Assembly: GCA_000708835.1 (NCBI GenBank) | Contig: DF236977.1 | Span: forward strand, 124,001-188,000 | Direction: 5' to 3' | Length of the DNA: 64,000 bases | Origin: Klebsormidium nitens | Taxonomy: Eukaryota; Plantae; Klebsormidiophyceae | Shown here: piece after piece, positions 49,401 to 61,991 of the stretch | Layout of the letters: each line of letters starts with the position of its first letter | Position numbering within the stretch: the first letter of the stretch is position 1 | Notes under the pieces: generated by a model | What the model saw: only the letters and a program-made list of their open reading frames with translations | Told to the model about the DNA's origin: nothing | Database searches by the model: none | Translations under genes and position numbers: made by a program

Positions 49401-49632
49401 ACGGGGGCGCTGATGCCCAGAAGTCTCAGTGGCAAGGTGCATGAAGACCACTTGCCTGTCTCCTTTGTACCACATCATCTAAAAAGTCAGGAGCTCTCTC
49501 GGACGTGCACCAGGAGCTCAGCGGTCTAGTGGAAGAGTAGCGCCACTGCTGTACCACCGCTGACCCCAAAAGGTGCAATTGTCTACTTTGCAAGACCTGA
49601 CGACTGAAGGCTCCTCTGAGGGCTGGCAACAT
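43498..49632 (-). CDS. MLYCD: Malonyl-CoA decarboxylase, multi-exon
   Basis: Motifs LELRRLTWDSPA, RRLFGYFHPSMP-like, GEPLIFVEVAL, AIFYSIDATQPGLSGIDLGNLLLKGVV, FSTLSPVPGFLPWL, DGVTNFHVRNGA and ERLNWLAD...SAGIMVNYQY. The N-terminus is presequence-like and the C-terminus is -SSL. Confidence 0.93.
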
Positions 49633-50128
49633 TTGTGCACTCTATTGGTGGACCTTGCAAAGCTTCTAGATACTCCTTATGAAGTCCACTGATCAAGGAC
49701 GAAAAGCAAGTGGTGAGAAAGTTATAGATTCATTTCAAGGAAAACTGCCCGGAAGAATGCCTGCTTATTCTCTCCGGCCCGACATTTGCCGACGCAAAGG
49801 TTTTATCGCGCCTTGCAGAAGAAGCTATGAAATTGGAACCTTTCTGGAGGACTGGATGAACGCGACGAGCAGCTGTTTGATCAGCTGCTCGGTCTGATCT
49901 TCGTTTGATACATTGCACCTTCAAATTCAATGCTGGTACAGCTTCTCCCGATCAACCGGCCAGTTTTAGTGTCATCTAATTGAGACTAATTTCACTCAAC
50001 AACTGACTGACTAAGTTCGTCTAAAATTTTCACAAATACTGGCAGGTTGCTCGGAAGAAGCTGTAGCAACATGCGCAGAATGTTAGCGTTGCTGCCCAAA
50101 GCTTTAGGCCAATGCAATGCATGGGGCA

Positions 50129-50192
50129 TGGGCTTCTTGTGGGCCAGACTTAGGGTTTTACAGTCAAACCCGGGCATTAGGGTTTAGGGTTT
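50129..50192. promoter_or_regulatory. Site II (TGGGCY) + telo-box module in the MLYCD/RH47 divergent promoter
   Basis: TGGGCT at 50129, TGGGCC at 50140, TTAGGGTTT at 50150-50158 and TTAGGGTTTAGGGTTT at 50177-50192. Confidence 0.5.
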
Positions 50193-50284
50193 GAGACATG
50201 ACTCATGCAGGGGTCGCAAGCTGCATGAGTCTTGGAGGGCCATCAAGATTGCATGCATATTTTCGTGATTGGAGAAAGTGAATA

Positions 50285-50480
50285 CCGGTAACTCTCGTGT
50301 GACCTAACGGGCGTGTGACCTGGGATACGAACTACCCGGGCACTTCAAACTAAAAAACCTAACCAAGATAATCACCCGCTCCGCACCCCAACCCACCCTA
50401 ACCACCATACCAACCCCACCCGTCCCCCGGGTGCCTATCTTAGGTCACACGGCTCTTAGGTCACACGAGAGTTATCGGAG
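50285..50480. mobile_element. About 195-bp MITE with 43-bp TIRs (Stowaway/Tc1-mariner-like), TA-flanked
   Basis: Left end CCGGTAACTCTCGTGTGACCTAACGGGCGTGTGACCTGGGATA against reverse-complemented right end CCGATAACTCTCGTGTGACCTAAGAGCCGTGTGACCTAAGATA. The right terminus reads TA|CTCCG on the minus strand; the left terminus lacks the CT. Confidence 0.75.
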
Positions 50481-50604
50481 TAGAAAGTGAGAGCTGAGCT
50501 TCTTGAAGTTCTTCAGAAAGCAGGAAGGTTGAGCGCATAGTCCAGCGCATAGCAGCAGCTCTGGCCCTGAGGGCCTTGAGAATATTCTTTCCCAGGTTTG
50601 GTGA

Positions 50605-53600
50605 ATGCTCGAGGAGGTGGAACGTCTAGGTGAATGTCGGCAACGATTTAGCGCCCTCGAAGAAGTGGTGCAGCATTGCAGTAACTATCTCCCTTTTACA
50701 TATGATCCGTAGATTGTTGGCGAGGCCTTTGCAGTGCAATTTTGTCTTCGGCTGTCGATCAGAGTGTCAAGGACTGGCTCTTGCTCAAATGGGGACTCTG
50801 ACACTGGCCGTTGGAGGCGACTCTTTGGCACTAGGGCCTCCCAATTTGTATACGCCAGCTGCAGAAGGTGGTATCAAGCTGGCTGTCCGATCGCACCTTC
50901 CCACCACTACTGTTCCAAGCAGCTGGTCAAAGACCCGCAGCTTCCGAGGTACAATCACGGCTCTTCTATTGCTCTGCTTTGTGAGAGGAAGTCGATCATT
51001 GTGGATTATCTTGTCTGACCATTACCATTCTGCTTTAAGCAGAGTGCCAACCGAGTCTCTTGCAGTGACGCATTTCAGGTCGACATATTGAAATGGTGTA
51101 TTCTCCATGTCACTGAGGCTCCTTCCATGATTAGGGTTTTGTCACGTGTAGAAGTGCAGATGATGACCACCACTGGTTTTCAAGACAAATTGATTGTGTT
51201 ACTAACCTGGACGTCTAACCACCGTGAGGCAAGAAAGAAGTGCTTTCTGCATTTTGTTCCATTGTACCTACATTCATCACCGCTCTCTATTACATACCAG
51301 CAGGCCTACACTTCATCAGAAAATAATTTCGAAACTTGCCTCAAATTCAGTGTGTGCCCCATCATTCGCAGCTGCTGCTGGATACGAAGGCCGGGCAGGC
51401 ACACTGCCACTTCTTTCTCCCAAGGCGCTAACAAGTGGCGGCAGCAACTTCATTGGTGGTAATCTTGAAGCAAGATATCTGCAAAGCCCCGCGAATGCCA
51501 GAGCACATTCTGTCGCGGCGCCACCGAAGGCAGCTGCCCCTACATTAGACAGCACATCAAGGACTAGTCGCCCTCCACTTGCAAAAACCAGGTCGGATGA
51601 AGAGAGATCCGGCAGCCGCAATGCTGTTGTTTGGACAGGGGACGATTCTTCTGATATGCCAAAGGGGACAGTAGCGGAGGCCGGCGTCAAGTTTGAGTCA
51701 TTGGGGCTGTCGGAGTCTCTGCTTTTGAGACTGCAGGACCTGGGCTATCAGCAGGCAACAGACGTCCAGGCTCAGGCTATCCCGCTGTTGCTAAAGGGCA
51801 AGGATGCAGCTGTTCAGGTGAGGGGACCTGGGAGGGTCTTATTTTTGCGTGCCTGATACCGAAATGAGTTTTTAGTTTTTCATCATTGTTATCTGTCCAC
51901 CCTCCACGCTGTTCTGCTTTGGCTACCTGCAAACTCTGAAAGTTCGTCCTCGAGAAGCCGCACTCTAGAAACCCTGTCACTCGATTCTAAGCAGGTGGAT
52001 CGCTGAGGGGGCTTTGAAACCCTGTTGGAATACAGGTCTTCCAACCTCATCAACAGAAAGAGTTGGTTGCTGATGTAGACTTTCTCCTTTTGCAGTCCTA
52101 CACTGGCTCTGGCAAGACCCTGGCCTACTTGCTTCCCATTCTGAGCCTCATTGGACCCATCAGCCACTCGCGATGGGTCGAGAAGCGGGGCACAAGAGGA
52201 GTGGAAGCCATGGTTGTGTCGCCCTCCAGGGAGCTTGCGATGCAGGTGAGCAGATTGGCAGGCTTTGTAGATTTGGAAGTTTTCAAGTGATTGTTTTCTA
52301 GGCAGAAGCCTTGCTCTCGAGTTGTTCTTTAGTGCTTGGAAACAAATCAATGATCTCTTGCATCGGTCTTCAGTAATGTAGACAAGAACCACTGATCTTT
52401 GTATGGCCTCTTGCTTTTTCAACACCCTGGTATTGTAAGAAATAGCTACCACAAGGGCCGCGGTGGTAAATGCAGGAACACTTGGAATTTACTTCATGCA
52501 TCTCGGAATTCGCTGGCCCCTATCCTATAGTAAATAGTATCCACTTGGAGGGCATTCAAGTCATCCCTCTACCATTATTTCGGCAGTTTAGCACGAACGC
52601 CATGCCTTCAACGGCGTCTATGCCTGTTTTAATTGCAGGATGGAATTTGAATCTTGGAAAGGCGGTCATTGGAAATATGCCGGCAGGTTTCGTGCTAACC
52701 GCAAAAGATCTCACACCACCAGCTGGCGTTGGGAATGTAAGTGCACGGTGTTTGCCAAGCGTGCGATCGCAATATGTGGCCATACTGTCGCTGCCGACTT
52801 CCTATCCAGAGGCACTTCACACAAAAAAACAGGGGGAAAGAAGGCAACCGATTGAATATCTTCGAACCTTTTTCGTGTGCCCAGATAGTGCGGCAGCTGG
52901 AATTGCTGCTTGGGGATGAGTACAAGGGCCTGGTGCAGCAGCTGATTGGAGGGGCCAACATGTGGCGTCAGGGGGAGCGCATCAAGGAGAACAAACCCAT
53001 TTTTGTGGTCGGGACCCCTGGGCGGATAGCCGAATTCAGCAGATCGGGGAGGTGAGCAGGACTGGGTTGTTGATAAGTGGCTGGAGATTGAGGGTGTGGC
53101 GGCGCTATGGTGACCAGTGGCCATCCGGGACCCATCGGGCGGGATCCCTGAGGATCGCCGGGCGCTTGGTTCGACTTTTCGGCTGAAGAGAATATGACTC
53201 GACCACACTCTTGGCGTCAGTGGTCTTATGAATCAACTGTCCTACTCTAGGTTTTGGCTTGTCTGTTTTTCTCCCCGCCACGTGGAGCAGTAGAAGGCAT
53301 CGATTGTTAAGTCCACGCTTCGATCTTATCGCAAGGAATTCAGCTCGCAAGGTGGGGCGCTTCACTCTTCCACTTCGCTATTTCACTCGACTTTTCTTAC
53401 AGCCGAACCTCCAAGCAGAAGAAGAGGACTTTGCAGATCTTGACTAAGTTGCGTCTTGTCTCTCACTCTTCAGGTTGCAGACGCACGGGTGCCGCTATTT
53501 GGTCTTGGACGAAGCCGACCAGCTGCTGTCGCTCAAGTTCCGGCCCGACATGCTGCGCATCCTGGAGCACGTGGGCACCCAGCGCACAAAGGATGACATC

Positions 53601-56344
53601 CGCAGTGCCGAAGACAACGGGCCGAGCACGAGTGGGCGCGGAGGGCGGGACAGGTCGAGCGTCCGGGCGGAGAGGCAGACGGTGCTTGTATCTGCGACCA
53701 TGCCGCGAACCGTCCTGCAGGCAGCGGTGAAGTGGGTGAGTCGTGCTTCAGGTTTCTGCGGGTGCTCCAAAAACGGGGCAGCTCGGACAGGGTGGTCGTA
53801 GGCGGAGACGCTCAAGTGGTGCAAAGAGATTCAGGAATCCGAACGATTGCCCGTCGACCGATTCCTTCTCAATATCGAGGACTAGGACTTCTTTTGGGGA
53901 AAACAGGCGAAATTGTGGGGTAGACGTTTCGTTGTATCGAGACGAAGATTCTCTGGACACCATGGTGGTCTTGTTTATGGGTTCTCTGCCTCTTTAATTT
54001 GCGCTTCCTTCTGGTCGACGCCCGGCTTGGTGTCGTCCAACGTTTTTTGAGACTCTCTCTTTCTTTCGCCAGGGCTACAACCCCGTTCACATCACCCCCG
54101 AAGGCCCCCAAGAGATTGCGGTTGGAGCGGCAGCGAAGGCGGCCGCGCTCATTGGCACGTCAGCGACTGGTGTCGTCGTCCCTGCCGCTGTTCCTTCAGC
54201 AGCTGCTACCGCTACTGGTGATGGCCTGGCAGCCAGCCTGCCTCCCAATCTGGATCATAGGTGAGACAGACGCAGTCGGACTGAAGTCAACTTTGAATGC
54301 AGCTGAAAGACAGGACGCTGAGAGGGCCAGGAGAAAGGAACGAGGGCAAAGCCCGCAAGGTGTTCTAGTGAAGCCTGCATGCTGTTAGTACCGTTCTCGT
54401 TTTTCTGTGCTCTTGATTTGTTCTTGCGTGGAATATGGGATATGTTATCGAGAGCTGTCTCCTGCCCGCCCTTCTCAAAGTTTCAGCGGGTTTAAGCTTG
54501 GTCGATTGCTGACATCTTTCTCGTAAACAGCGCGGTCAACTGTCTGCTCTTATGCTGATTGCTGGAGCTGACAGGGGCTGTCCTCCCGTCATGCAGATTC
54601 GTCGTGACAGCAGCTCGACATCGCGTTGACACATTGCGGAAGTGCATATACGCTCTGGACGCGCAATCGATCCTCGTCTTTATGAATTATGGCAGACGAC
54701 TGCAAGTAAGTGGCCCCTCAACCCTGAGCTTAATACCCACTTTTCCATCCTGGCGCTTGACGCCGGTTTCGTGCAGACGATCTTGCCGATTTCAGAAAGA
54801 AGGGGCTTGTAGAACTGCAAGACATGGTTTCCCGTCTCAATCTTCGTCGGCCGAAGGTATCAGATTGACCATGCCTTGACGGACATTGATCTTTCGCGTC
54901 TTCCCTGATACAAAGTTAGATTGATAGATAAATGTGAAGTGCGGCTTAGCAAGTGGTACTCGACTACCGTGTGCAGGATGCTGTCTTCAAGCTCCAAGCC
55001 CGGGGCATGGAGGTCGGCAGCCTGCACGGAGGCCAAAGTAAGTACGCGGTTGAATCGATATCCTTCAACCCGTCACTTTCTTTAACCACTGCAAGCTCGA
55101 CATCTTACACTCAGGATTAGCACCACACGATTGGAACCTGCTTTTTCATTTAGTTCGTCTAAAAGTCAAGAAGACGCCTATGCTTTGCAAGGATAACCGC
55201 CTTGTTTGAGGATTCACACGAGACACCGTAAAGGCAGACCAGGCTGCAGTCAGCTGCGCGTTCGTTGTGGTACTCTTCGTAATTACAAACAATCTGCTTT
55301 GCAGATAAGCTCCAGCGGAGCAACACCCTGGCTTCCTTCCGAGACGGCAAGATTCGCGTGTTGTTGGTTAGCGAGGTCGCGGCCCGGGGAATCGACGTGG
55401 TAGACTGCGATCTGGTGAGCAAGGCTACCCTTTGCGCTCTGCAACGCCTCACTTTCAGGCTCTTTCGAGTTGATTTTGAACTGTCCTGTGCACTCAAAAC
55501 AAGTCTGCCAGCGATGCTGTGGTAGTCGAAGTTGGGGCTAAGGTTGAGTCAGCGGTGGGAGTAGGGACGTTTTTCGTCGCTATGGCATTTGGGAATGGAG
55601 ATAAGGAGTATCTTTTAGATCAGCGATTCCGTTACCGCTTAATGTTAGTGAGGGTTTCTCCGACTAGAGGGGGTTGAGAGGTTTGCATCGCACCCAGGCG
55701 GCCAGTTGATTCTGAAGCCACCTATTGCCACGTCGCGCGTGCAGGTTGTCAACCTGGAGTTGCCCTCGGATGGTGCCCACTATTGCCATCGAGCAGGGCG
55801 GACTGGGCGTATCGGTCGGCATGGCAACGTCATATCTTTGGTGGAGCCCAACGTAAGTTTATCTTGGTGACAGTCAGCGCAGCCATGCTGTTTTGCATTT
55901 CAAGCTCCAAGGTGCGGATCAATTTTGAAAAAAGTTCCTCGATTGAAAATGCAAAACGTCAAGAATCTTGCAAGCAGGGGAGAATCAAAAGGTTTCAAAA
56001 GGACGAGGCTGGATGTTGAGCAAAGATTGTTCTGAGAGCCTCGGATCGGATTAGCGTGTTGCCCATGTCGATCCGAAACTTTGAATCCTTGCTTTGGCGC
56101 TGGTCGGGAAGTTGAATCAAGCGGATCCATGCAATGTCACATGTGGTTTGCTTGTTAGTACCGCATGTTGTCATGAACTTCTCTGATGCACTTAGGTTGT
56201 GTCATGCAGGAAGTGTTCGTTCTTAGAAAATTCGAGAAACAGCTAGGAATCTCGATAACAGAAGCGGAAGTAACGGAGGGGAGAATGTACGAGAAAAGCA
56301 CTGTTCCTTTGCATCAACGGGAAGAGACCTTTGATCAAATGTAA
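50605..56344 (+). CDS. RH47: DEAD-box RNA helicase, RH47/ISE1-like (organellar), multi-exon
   Basis: Q motif ([10 protein letters not shown]), [37 protein letters not shown]...[20 protein letters not shown]...[26 protein letters not shown] and HRAGRTGR. The 5' exons and start codon are tentative. Confidence 0.88.
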
Positions 56345-57890
56345 GCTGAAGTTTCTTTGATGAATTAATAGCGCAGCACACCCCGCCTGGTATCCAAAAC
56401 AAGCCTTTGTCCGTGCCGTGAGCCTGTGTGGTGAACCTTCAAGAGTCCGAATGAGGGTGTGGAACCAGTAGATCAACACAAGCCATGCAGACTCCTCAAA
56501 TTGCTGCCGAGCATAAAATCTATGTAGAGCCGCATCATCGATAACTGCTAGCTAGTTCTATGCGTGTACGTTGTGGCATGGCCGGGCATGTCTGGTCAAT
56601 TTTGAACAGGGTCGGGCCGCATGGCCTGAACCCACGTTCAGCAGGGCAGGTTAAAATGACCTGATTCTGGCACATCAACCATGCCCACATGCCCATGGCC
56701 CATCCGGGCCTGCATGCGTTCATCGCATGGCATCTTTTCCTCGAGTACGTAACCGGTAAAGGAAGCAGCAGCAAGGTAGCAGGGCCACAAGCTTCAGATA
56801 TTGCCAGTTGCCGATAAGCCATGGGTGCATGCCCGAGCTTAAAATCGATTGTCGACACAACCGTCCAATAATGCAATGATCGTCAATTCATTCTTGCAGT
56901 ATAAACGGCCAGTTTTTTATTTGGCATGTCATGCACTCCCCAGTCAACCATGCCACTGATATGCTTTCAATCCAAGGTGAATCGTCTAGATTCAAGCGGC
57001 ACTCGTTGCAAAAGCTGTGCAAATCCATCATGATACTCAAAGTAGCCTGTCACGGCACTGCGCCCAGACAGGGACGGCGGCCGCCTTGCTCCTTTTGACG
57101 GCCATTAAAACTTCCACAAATCCTTTTTTGCTCGAAACGATTCCACGCTCCTGATTCCAACACTACGCGGCTTCAACCTTCAACCACTTCCGGACGTAGC
57201 TAAGTCTGACGCGCAACGTTTTGAAATGATCTTTCAGCTGCACTGTTGCACTGTTTCCAGAAAATGCACATGCGTTCTGTAAGCGGGATGTTACTTGACG
57301 TTAACGTTTGACACGTGGTCCAATTAGCTCTAAGGTCGCGAACTGGCAAGCGAAGGCTTCGTCTGGCCAAACCTAAAAACTCAACCCGAGGATTCAACGC
57401 CCTCTGACACGAATCAACCCTAACCAGCCAGATAACCTCATTCGTCACCCAGGCGCCTGTCTGAAGTGGAGTGCCTTCAGCTCGAGGTAAAATGGTAAAG
57501 CCTTAAGACTTAAATATCAGAAAGTTGGGCCAGCTCCCCCGCCGGAAACACCAATCTGATTTTCATATCCGACGCGAGCCTGCACCTTGAAAGTAGTCGA
57601 GAATTCAGCAAGCCTGGCGCATCACAAGCGGAGCATCATGCGTCACCAATCAACATACTCGATAAGCCGTAGCCGCGGACCATTCTCCGGAGCCAGTCCG
57701 ATTCTGCGCTGATTCCTTCTTATAAATTCAAAGGAACGGGCAGCGAGGGTTTGAAGAATCTACCATCCAGGCCTTGATTCCTGATTCTGCCTGCTTTGCC
57801 GACGAATCTTTGAAGACCAGATCAACTCGCCCGTTCTCTAACTTCCTCTGATTCTGGTACGATAAGTAGGAGGAAGCCGAGGTAGCGAGC

Positions 57891-60602
57891 ATGGCGTCTC
57901 CCACAGCGCATCTTCCATCTCGGCATGGTCTCCTCTTGGCGGTTCTGATGGTCCTACTTTCGTTTCAGCTGGTGTTAAGTCAAGGTCAGTGGAGTTACAT
58001 GAAATCACAGCTCGCTGCAGAAGGCTTTTCCCATTGCTTCAATCTTCAGCTCATGGATGCTGAATCTTGTGGAAGAGATCCCTTGAAAGAAGGCATCAGG
58101 AACCGAGCTCGAATGTTCACTTCGTTTCAACATTTCGTGAAATTGAAGTCTTCTTTTGTGTCCATCTTTCTGAAGAGGTTATGCTTAATGTTTGCAGGCA
58201 CATTGAAGTCTCCTGCGTGTCCGGCAAATCTGAAGCAGGTTCTCAACGTGACTACTCATGTTGAGTGTTTCCCATCTGCGCTGGTCTCGGAATTGCTTCC
58301 GCATGGCCTTGAGGTTCCTGGTGAGGAAGGCTCATGCACTTCAGGGTCCTTTCGCCTTTGAATATTGGAAGCAGATGCATGTGGTTCTAACAAGCGAGCA
58401 CTAGACTTGACCTAGCGCTTGGATCTTTGACCATTTTATGGTGCAAGCTAACTGATTACCCTGCAATAAAGTAATGTTTCTGTCGATCTTGCATTGCGTT
58501 ACATATGTCCTTGCTTGATCGAACATCTCTTCTTGCCGAGATCTTAGCTTCTTGGACTGACTGGAGCCCAAACTACCGGTCAAATGGTACTAACGAAGAA
58601 TATTGTGCAGGTATTGGAAGTGTCAACCTGGACAGCGCGTGTAGAATAAGCCTCACGATGTCCAACCTTGCTCCCAATCCGCTGAACCTTACGGGACTCG
58701 AAATCAGCTTCAACTATACAAGCCTGGTAAGCTTCGTCGAGAGCTCGACCATGTTCGTCCTGGAAAGAATTATGACGGTGATTCAAGCCGATTCTACCTG
58801 TGCGGATCAGAGCAGGTTTCGCAGATACTAGCCTGAAGGAGAGAGCGGATTGCATTCTATAAGGCGGCACAAACAAGAATGTCATCGTAGATGCAAAGCG
58901 TTAAATTTTTCACTTGTCATGCTTTTGCAGGTTCTCGCAAATGGCTTTAATATGAGCAACGATAACAGCAGCGACCTCTTTGGACCCTCAAGTGACGTCT
59001 CTACCAGCTTTCCGGAAGTCAATTGCAATAACACCGGCGCACAGACCGACATTTGCTCCAAGACGAATTTGTCACAAGAAGGGAACCAGTCCGTCTTAGC
59101 TTCCTTCACCGCAACTCTCTGTCCCCTTTCGACTTCTTCAAGCTGCTCTCTAGCAACCGTTAGCATCTTCTTCGTTCAAAACCAGCTCCGCGTCATTAAT
59201 ACTGCAGTCGAAGCTTCTCCATGGCTCTGCTCAGAATCTTTTCTTGCAGCAAATCAGATGTTGCTCTACTCATCAAGCGCAAGCACAATCAACGGTACGA
59301 GCAAAGGGGTGAATGAAACATCATTGCCTGCTCAAGGAAGCAGCACACCGCAAACGAGTACGAGTTCAACTGGGACCCATGCTTCAGGCTTCAACCATTC
59401 CTCAACCTCTCCGGCTAACTCGTCTACACCTCATGATGGCACTCCAAACGAAACTGTCCTGCAAGCTTCAAGATCGAACGCGACAGCGAGAAACGAGACG
59501 ATGCAGGGAGCAAATAGAAACGTGACTCGAGGTTCGGACCAAGTGACATCAACTGCTGAACCTCCCGCTCCTGCAAACGAAAGCGGCTCGGTTCCCAAAG
59601 ACAGCACGAAGCCTCATAGTCCTCAGACACCTTCAAGCTTGATAAGAGTCCTTTACAAGAGATTCAACGACGAAAACAACAGGTCTCAGGACTCTTTCGC
59701 GCTTAAAGTCAGGAATAAGGGAGGCCCGATCGCGCTTTCGAAGATTGTGTTGACGTACTTCTTCAAAGGCACCGGTAAGGCTCCAATAAATTTAGCTGAA
59801 GTCAATCACTCATGTTTAGCGGGTCGATTTTGCTTCTTGAATCATCGCGTTTTCTGCAGGTCAAATCGACTCAACTCTCAGAAAGATGCCAGAAGACTCA
59901 TCTGTTCTGTTCTGTCAGCAGGCAAGACTCCAGCCGAATCTTTTCTCGAAATGCAGGAGGCAACGCAACGGACTACAGCCTTTCTTGCCACGAGAACTTC
60001 GTGCAGGGACAACTTCTCAAGTAAGCATATCTAAGATTTCGGTGCCAGAAGTTTACCAAGCGGACTGCTGAAGCAAATCAAGTAAATCCATGAAATAGCG
60101 GTATGTAGTGCTCGAGAGCGTAAGTCATGTCAGACCAGACTGATTTTTGCCTTCTGGAAATCTGCAGATGCAAATGGCTGGATGTGACTGTCCGACAAGC
60201 GACTGGCAAAGTAAATGGACGCCACTTTGCTGCGAAACTTGCTTTCAAGGACGACACCAATCTCCCTGCAAACTTCACCTCAAATCCCGTTACTCTTTCA
60301 GTCCACAAGGTGAGAATCAGGGTCTATATAATCTGCAAAACCCGTCTGTATTTGGACACGAAAACTTCAGTATCGGAATGCAATTCTGGATCTTTCCATT
60401 ATTCGGGTGCGCGTGATGAGAGATTTGTTTTTGGTCGACCCTTCAACACACTGGTATGACATCTGTGACACGTGGTTACCTGTCACAGTTGACTGGTCCG
60501 GCTTCGACAGACGGAGGAGAAGGTGACTTTTCCGCTGTACCTGGGTTCAACGCAACAAAAACTTTCTTCTTGGCTCCTAGAATCAATGTAACTCTCATAT
60601 AG
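57891..60602 (+). CDS. Secreted glycoprotein with a C-terminal CBM3-like cellulose-binding module, multi-exon
   Basis: Signal peptide (LLLAVLMVLLSFQLVLSQ), a Cys/Asn-rich domain and a Ser/Thr/Pro linker. The spliced module reads IRVLYKRFNDENNRSQDSFALKVRNKGGPIALSKIVLTYFFKGT|GGNATDYSLSCHENFVQGQLLK|CKWLDVTVRQATGKVNGRHFAAKLAFKDDTNLPANFTSNPVTLSVHK|...GDFS..., which follows the CBM3 pattern. The 3' end is uncertain. Confidence 0.65.
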
Positions 60603-61991
60603 ACAGCACACATCAGAGAGTTCTATTGGAGATGCTCACTAAAGTCGCATCGTGTCCGGAAAGTTGGTTAGCTTACCATTGGCGCAACTTGGTGTGCTTG
60701 CATATCTAGTCTCCGGGAGCTGATATGTTCGTTTTAGGGTCCTGGAGACAGCGAAAGGGGAGCGAAAGCAGGACTGGCAACAGACCTTTGCATCTTATAT
60801 TTCAGATACCTTCGAGCGTCCCGGCAGATGTACCAGAAAGCACCAGTGACAATTGAATCCCAGCATGCATGGAGCTCGCGGAGAATTTGAAGTTCATGCA
60901 AATGATCGACTGCGAACCAGCATGTCACAAGGCTTCTTTGACTCTGGAGCTGATCGAAGCTAATAATCATTGCGCACAACCAGTATACAACCGTACGTGA
61001 ATCATTACAGAACTATATCAGGCTAAGCATGTTTGCAAGATATTGAACGCATGCCCTGCACATATATCAGTGTTGGTTTTCGGATCCTCGATTGGCCAAT
61101 CAATCTTGAGTATCACGATAAACAATTTACGCGCGCATTTGACTTGAAAGTCGAATTGAAGCGCGTTCACATGGGTGCAATTCTTAGCTTGATGCATGCG
61201 CTGCGGCCTGTGTCTGCATGTTAGATCCTTAATTTCATGGAGAAATTAACCCGAAGACTAGACAAGAACCAAGACTAAACAAGAACAACCCTCATTGAAA
61301 GGCGTAGCCACACATGTGCGGGCAATTGCATGAGCTATACTTTTGTCCGAGCCTAGCTCGTCATGTCCTTAAGCACTCAATCATGTCACTCATATTGTGC
61401 TGCACGTCCTGCGCAATCGTTGCGCGATGTAGAGCCCATATGGTAGCTGATAACGCGATGGCAACCGAGCTGAAACCGTCGAGAACTGTACAGGGTGCAT
61501 GTCGAACAGAAACTCAATGCAGCTGGATAGGTGACTGTAGGAGGCATTGCTTCATCTGTGCTACCCATGAGGGCCTGGTCCAATCCAAACGCAACTCCTG
61601 TCAAGCTCTGGAGATTGGAGAGTGTCCAATCTCAACCTGAATCAACACTAGGAGACACTTTCAACCTTTTCAATGTTCTATACACTGACGAAGGCCTCGA
61701 ATATGAGGCCTCCGAAGAATCTTTAGACACCAGCTAAAGGGGCCTGTGTGTACAAGCTTAGGCTTTATTTCCGGCCCCAACTCTCAGCTTCCTAGAAGAC
61801 CGAGTTCTGAGAAGTATTCGCATATAAAAGCTCGCAGGTCGACAGTTCTTCTGATACAAACCTCCCAATCAGAATGAAAGTGCCACTAACTACTGGTGTA
61901 TCATCAAGTTGGATCGTGAATGGAGGGTATATACTGAGGACCCAAGTGGGGGGCTTGGGTCGAGACGACCCTAAAACTCCAGGCACTTCAT

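Noticed and set aside
55058-55087. ATATCCTT plus TTTCTTTAAC, resembling U12 intron signals
   Set aside because: It lies inside an intron that already has a canonical GTAAGT donor in the correct phase, and the two motifs are too close together.
61531-61737. 68-codon plus-strand ORF downstream of the CBM3-like gene
   Set aside because: No convincing acceptor or phase link to the upstream exons. It may be UTR of either convergent gene.
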